From: a virus
Lineage: Duplodnaviria > Caudoviricetes
Direction: 5' to 3' (one strand)
IMG/VR virus record: IMGVR_UViG_3300035158_000372
Coordinates: 1 to 24,667 of that record
DNA: 24,667 nt
Every line of letters starts with the position of its first letter. Position 1 is the first letter of the stretch. The notes beneath the pieces were generated by a model. It did no database searches, was not told where the DNA came from, and worked only from the letters and a program-made list of their open reading frames with translations. This document shows positions 22,327-24,667 of this stretch, piece after piece. A program made the translations under genes and the position numbers.

Positions 22327-24667
22327 TGATTACCGAGACGGCTGTCAAGAAAGATTATCTCTGCAATGGTACCCAGACCGAGTTCACTATCCCCTTTCCG
22401 TTCTCTGCTGCATCGGAAATAGTGGTAAAGTTGCGTCACAATACCACTGGCGAACAGACCGACTGGGTACAACCGACCCACTATAGCGTATCTGGCACCA
22501 AGGTGGTGGCTGTTTCCGCTCCCAGTTCCGATTATACACTGTGGATGTTTCGGGTAACGCCGAACACGCAGACCTCGGATTTCCATGATCTTGGCAAGTT
22601 CCCAGTGGAGGCTACTGAGCGTGCACATGACAAATTGACCAGGATTGTTCAAGAGCTGAGCGAGAAGGTATCACGTACACTGCTCTTGCCTCAAACTACA
22701 GCAGAGTCTGACCATGAGCTTCCCGAGCCCAAAGATGGGTATTTTTTGCGCTGGAATGGTGGAGTCCTGGAAAATGTCTTCCCTTTTGGCGGTAGTGGCG
22801 TCATTATTCAGCCTTTCATGAAAGATTTTCTTGGTACTCTGACGAAGGCCGACGCACGCACGGAGCTTGAAGTCGTTAGCCAGGGAGCCCTGGATGATCT
22901 GGCCGGGGCGGGGCGAACCACGGAGACGGTCAAGGAAAACGCTGATGACATCGCTGTGCTCGAAACCGATCTTGCCAATCACGACCACGATGCCGAGTAT
23001 TTGGGTATCACAGCTCAGGCCGTTGATTCGGATAAAGTGGACGGTCAGCACGCCTCAGAGTTCGCGGCTGCCGGTCACAACCACGATTCTGACTATGTGG
23101 GCAAGGCCGGAAGCCAGAGCATGGAAGGGCCGCTCACGGTTACCGCGGGGGCGCTGGAGGTTCAGGCAGATGTAGATAGTAAGCATAAGCTTGGACGTGC
23201 AGCGATTGGGCATTCTGGCTTGGTTGATTACGCTCTTTTTGCACACGTAGATAGAGATGGTAGCAATGATTTTGCTCTCGCGCAATATGAGGACGGCACG
23301 TTATATCTCAATGCGGCAGCCGGTACTTATATTAGTTTTTCTATCAACAATGTGGAAATTATGCGCATGGATAGCCAGTACTTGGACCTGAAAAACTACA
23401 AGTATCTGCGCTTTGGAACCAGCCACTACTTCCAACTTTTTCACAATGGAACTAATGCCTATATCGACAACAACAGTGGCGAATTGCAGTTTCGTATCTC
23501 AAATAACCCCAAGCTGACCATGGGATCTGACGGAGTGTTTACCTTTACGGAGTTCCCCATCACCCCATCGGCTGCCCCGGACGCTGACTACGAGGTAGCG
23601 AATAAGAAGTATGTTGACGATAGTGTGTCCGCTGCTGGTGGAGATCCGGTGCTTAAAACCGGTCCCCAGAGCATGGAAGGGCCACTTACTTTGACTGTCG
23701 GCAATCTTATTTTGGACAATAGCCGTTTGCTGAAAATTGAGGACGCCGCAGGGCATGTTCACCACTTTGGCAAAGACGAGGGTGGAACTCCGATTGATGG
23801 AATCGTTCTCCGTACTTTGACCAATCCACCCACTGGAGATCCTATTTTTACGGTTAAAAGCTCTGGTCATGCCATCCGGTTTCAAGTAGACCATAATGGC
23901 TTCACCTATGTGGGGGACAGCTTGAATGTGGTTGAAACAGTTTACGCAGGCGGCTTGCAGTTGGATGATGGTGACTCGATCTATCTTGGAACGAGTAATG
24001 ATTTTCGCATCGGGCACAGCGGTTCCTATTCCTATATAGACAATTACACGGGCGCTTTATACATCCGGCAGCGGAAGCATGGATACCGTGTCTACATCCA
24101 GGGCGAAGATGCGGGTGGGACCAACCGAGCAATGATCTACATGGACCCCGACTCCTTTGTGAATCTGTATTATCATGGGAGTAAACGTTTAGAGACCACG
24201 TCTGCCGGGGTGGGTATAGTTGGCGATTTGGACATGAGCGGAAGCATTGTTAGTTCTTCTGTTGTGCCCCAAGCAGCGCTCAAAACCAGCCAAGGGTCAG
24301 TCTCTTCCTACAATCCCCATGCAGATTATGACGACCTGACCTTGCCGGGTGGAGAATACGGATTTTATCCTCAAGTAAGAACAGGCCATGTAACCCGTGA
24401 CGTACTGGCGAAGATATCAGAGCATGTGACAAGCACATCGTATGTCACGAATATAGCACTCAAAGTTAGTGGAGAATCGGGAACGGTCACTGTAGCTGCT
24501 CACCAACGATACGTAACGTCTTCTGGTGAAATCTTCTGGTTATTTCTACTACGAACGATAAACGAGAGGGATAAATATACTCCGGCAGGAACAATTATTT
24601 CGACTTATGCCGCGCCCGATCATCCATGTTTCGGAAATGGCGGAGATCCGGAAGCACTTTCGCATCC
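22326..24667 (+). CDS. Tail fibre protein, 3'-truncated by the window end
   Basis: Absent from the ORF track because it has no stop; manual translation is open to the end; N-terminus YLCNGTQTEFTIPFPF...ERAHDKLTRIVQEL resembles the T7 gp17-type anchor; HDHD/HNHD, DKVDGQHA and ANKKYVD fibre motifs; TAATG overlap. Confidence 0.9.
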   Translation, partial: MITETAVKKDYLCNGTQTEFTIPFPFSAASEIVVKLRHNTTGEQTDWVQPTHYSVSGTKVVAVSAPSSDYTLWMFRVTPNTQTSDFHDLGKFPVEATERAHDKLTRIVQELSEKVSRTLLLPQTTAESDHELPEPKDGYFLRWNGGVLENVFPFGGSGVIIQPFMKDFLGTLTKADARTELEVVSQGALDDLAGAGRTTETVKENADDIAVLETDLANHDHDAEYLGITAQAVDSDKVDGQHASEFAAAGHNHDSDYVGKAGSQSMEGPLTVTAGALEVQADVDSKHKLGRAAIGHSGLVDYALFAHVDRDGSNDFALAQYEDGTLYLNAAAGTYISFSINNVEIMRMDSQYLDLKNYKYLRFGTSHYFQLFHNGTNAYIDNNSGELQFRISNNPKLTMGSDGVFTFTEFPITPSAAPDADYEVANKKYVDDSVSAAGGDPVLKTGPQSMEGPLTLTVGNLILDNSRLLKIEDAAGHVHHFGKDEGGTPIDGIVLRTLTNPPTGDPIFTVKSSGHAIRFQVDHNGFTYVGDSLNVVETVYAGGLQLDDGDSIYLGTSNDFRIGHSGSYSYIDNYTGALYIRQRKHGYRVYIQGEDAGGTNRAMIYMDPDSFVNLYYHGSKRLETTSAGVGIVGDLDMSGSIVSSSVVPQAALKTSQGSVSSYNPHADYDDLTLPGGEYGFYPQVRTGHVTRDVLAKISEHVTSTSYVTNIALKVSGESGTVTVAAHQRYVTSSGEIFWLFLLRTINERDKYTPAGTIISTYAAPDHPCFGNGGDPEALSH
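23114..23683 (+). repeat. 18-nt perfect direct repeat CCAGAGCATGGAAGGGCC at 23114-23131 and 23666-23683
   Basis: Identical copies 552 nt (184 codons) apart, both encoding QSMEGP in the tail fibre. Confidence 0.85.

Larger units (their letters stand above)
1..24667 (+). mobile_element. Segment of a podovirus-like phage/prophage genome (tRNA array + head, tail, ejection and fibre genes)
   Basis: Co-oriented, tightly packed terminase-portal-scaffold-capsid-cement-adaptor-nozzle-internal proteins-tail fibre order; no host housekeeping genes; no integrase or att site visible in the window. Confidence 0.96.

Noticed and set aside
1-24667. CRISPR array, intron, intein, integrase or DGR
   Set aside because: No regularly spaced repeats, no interrupted core genes or intein termini, and no recombinase or reverse-transcriptase motifs seen

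Overview
This window is the tRNA array plus almost the whole virion-morphogenesis operon of a short-tailed dsDNA phage or prophage of the BPP-1/epsilon15 architecture, and all supported genes lie on the + strand. Positions 88-1246 hold 11 tRNA genes, none with an encoded CCA: Arg-UCU, Pro-UGG, Leu-UAG, Leu-CAA, Ile-GAU, Ile-UAU, Gln-UUG, fMet-CAU, Asp-GUC, Cys-GCA and His-GUG. They are interspersed with a small basic ORF and two folded non-tRNA spacers. Then come the terminase large subunit, a self-contained moron (consensus sigma70 promoter, leaderless HExxH membrane metalloprotease-like gene, terminator), portal, scaffold, a GT-A glycosyltransferase, a structured leader, major capsid, cement protein, tail adaptor, a nozzle with an inserted 7-blade propeller, three internal/ejection proteins and a tail fibre that runs off the window. 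The 2405-aa ejection protein is polyvalent, with GNAT, HhH-glycosylase-like, ADP-ribosyltransferase-like and zincin domains. It contains a previously unannotated 47-codon out-of-frame gene with its own Shine-Dalgarno site in an inter-domain linker, which is the most striking observation. All family assignments come from motif recognition by eye; no searches were run.
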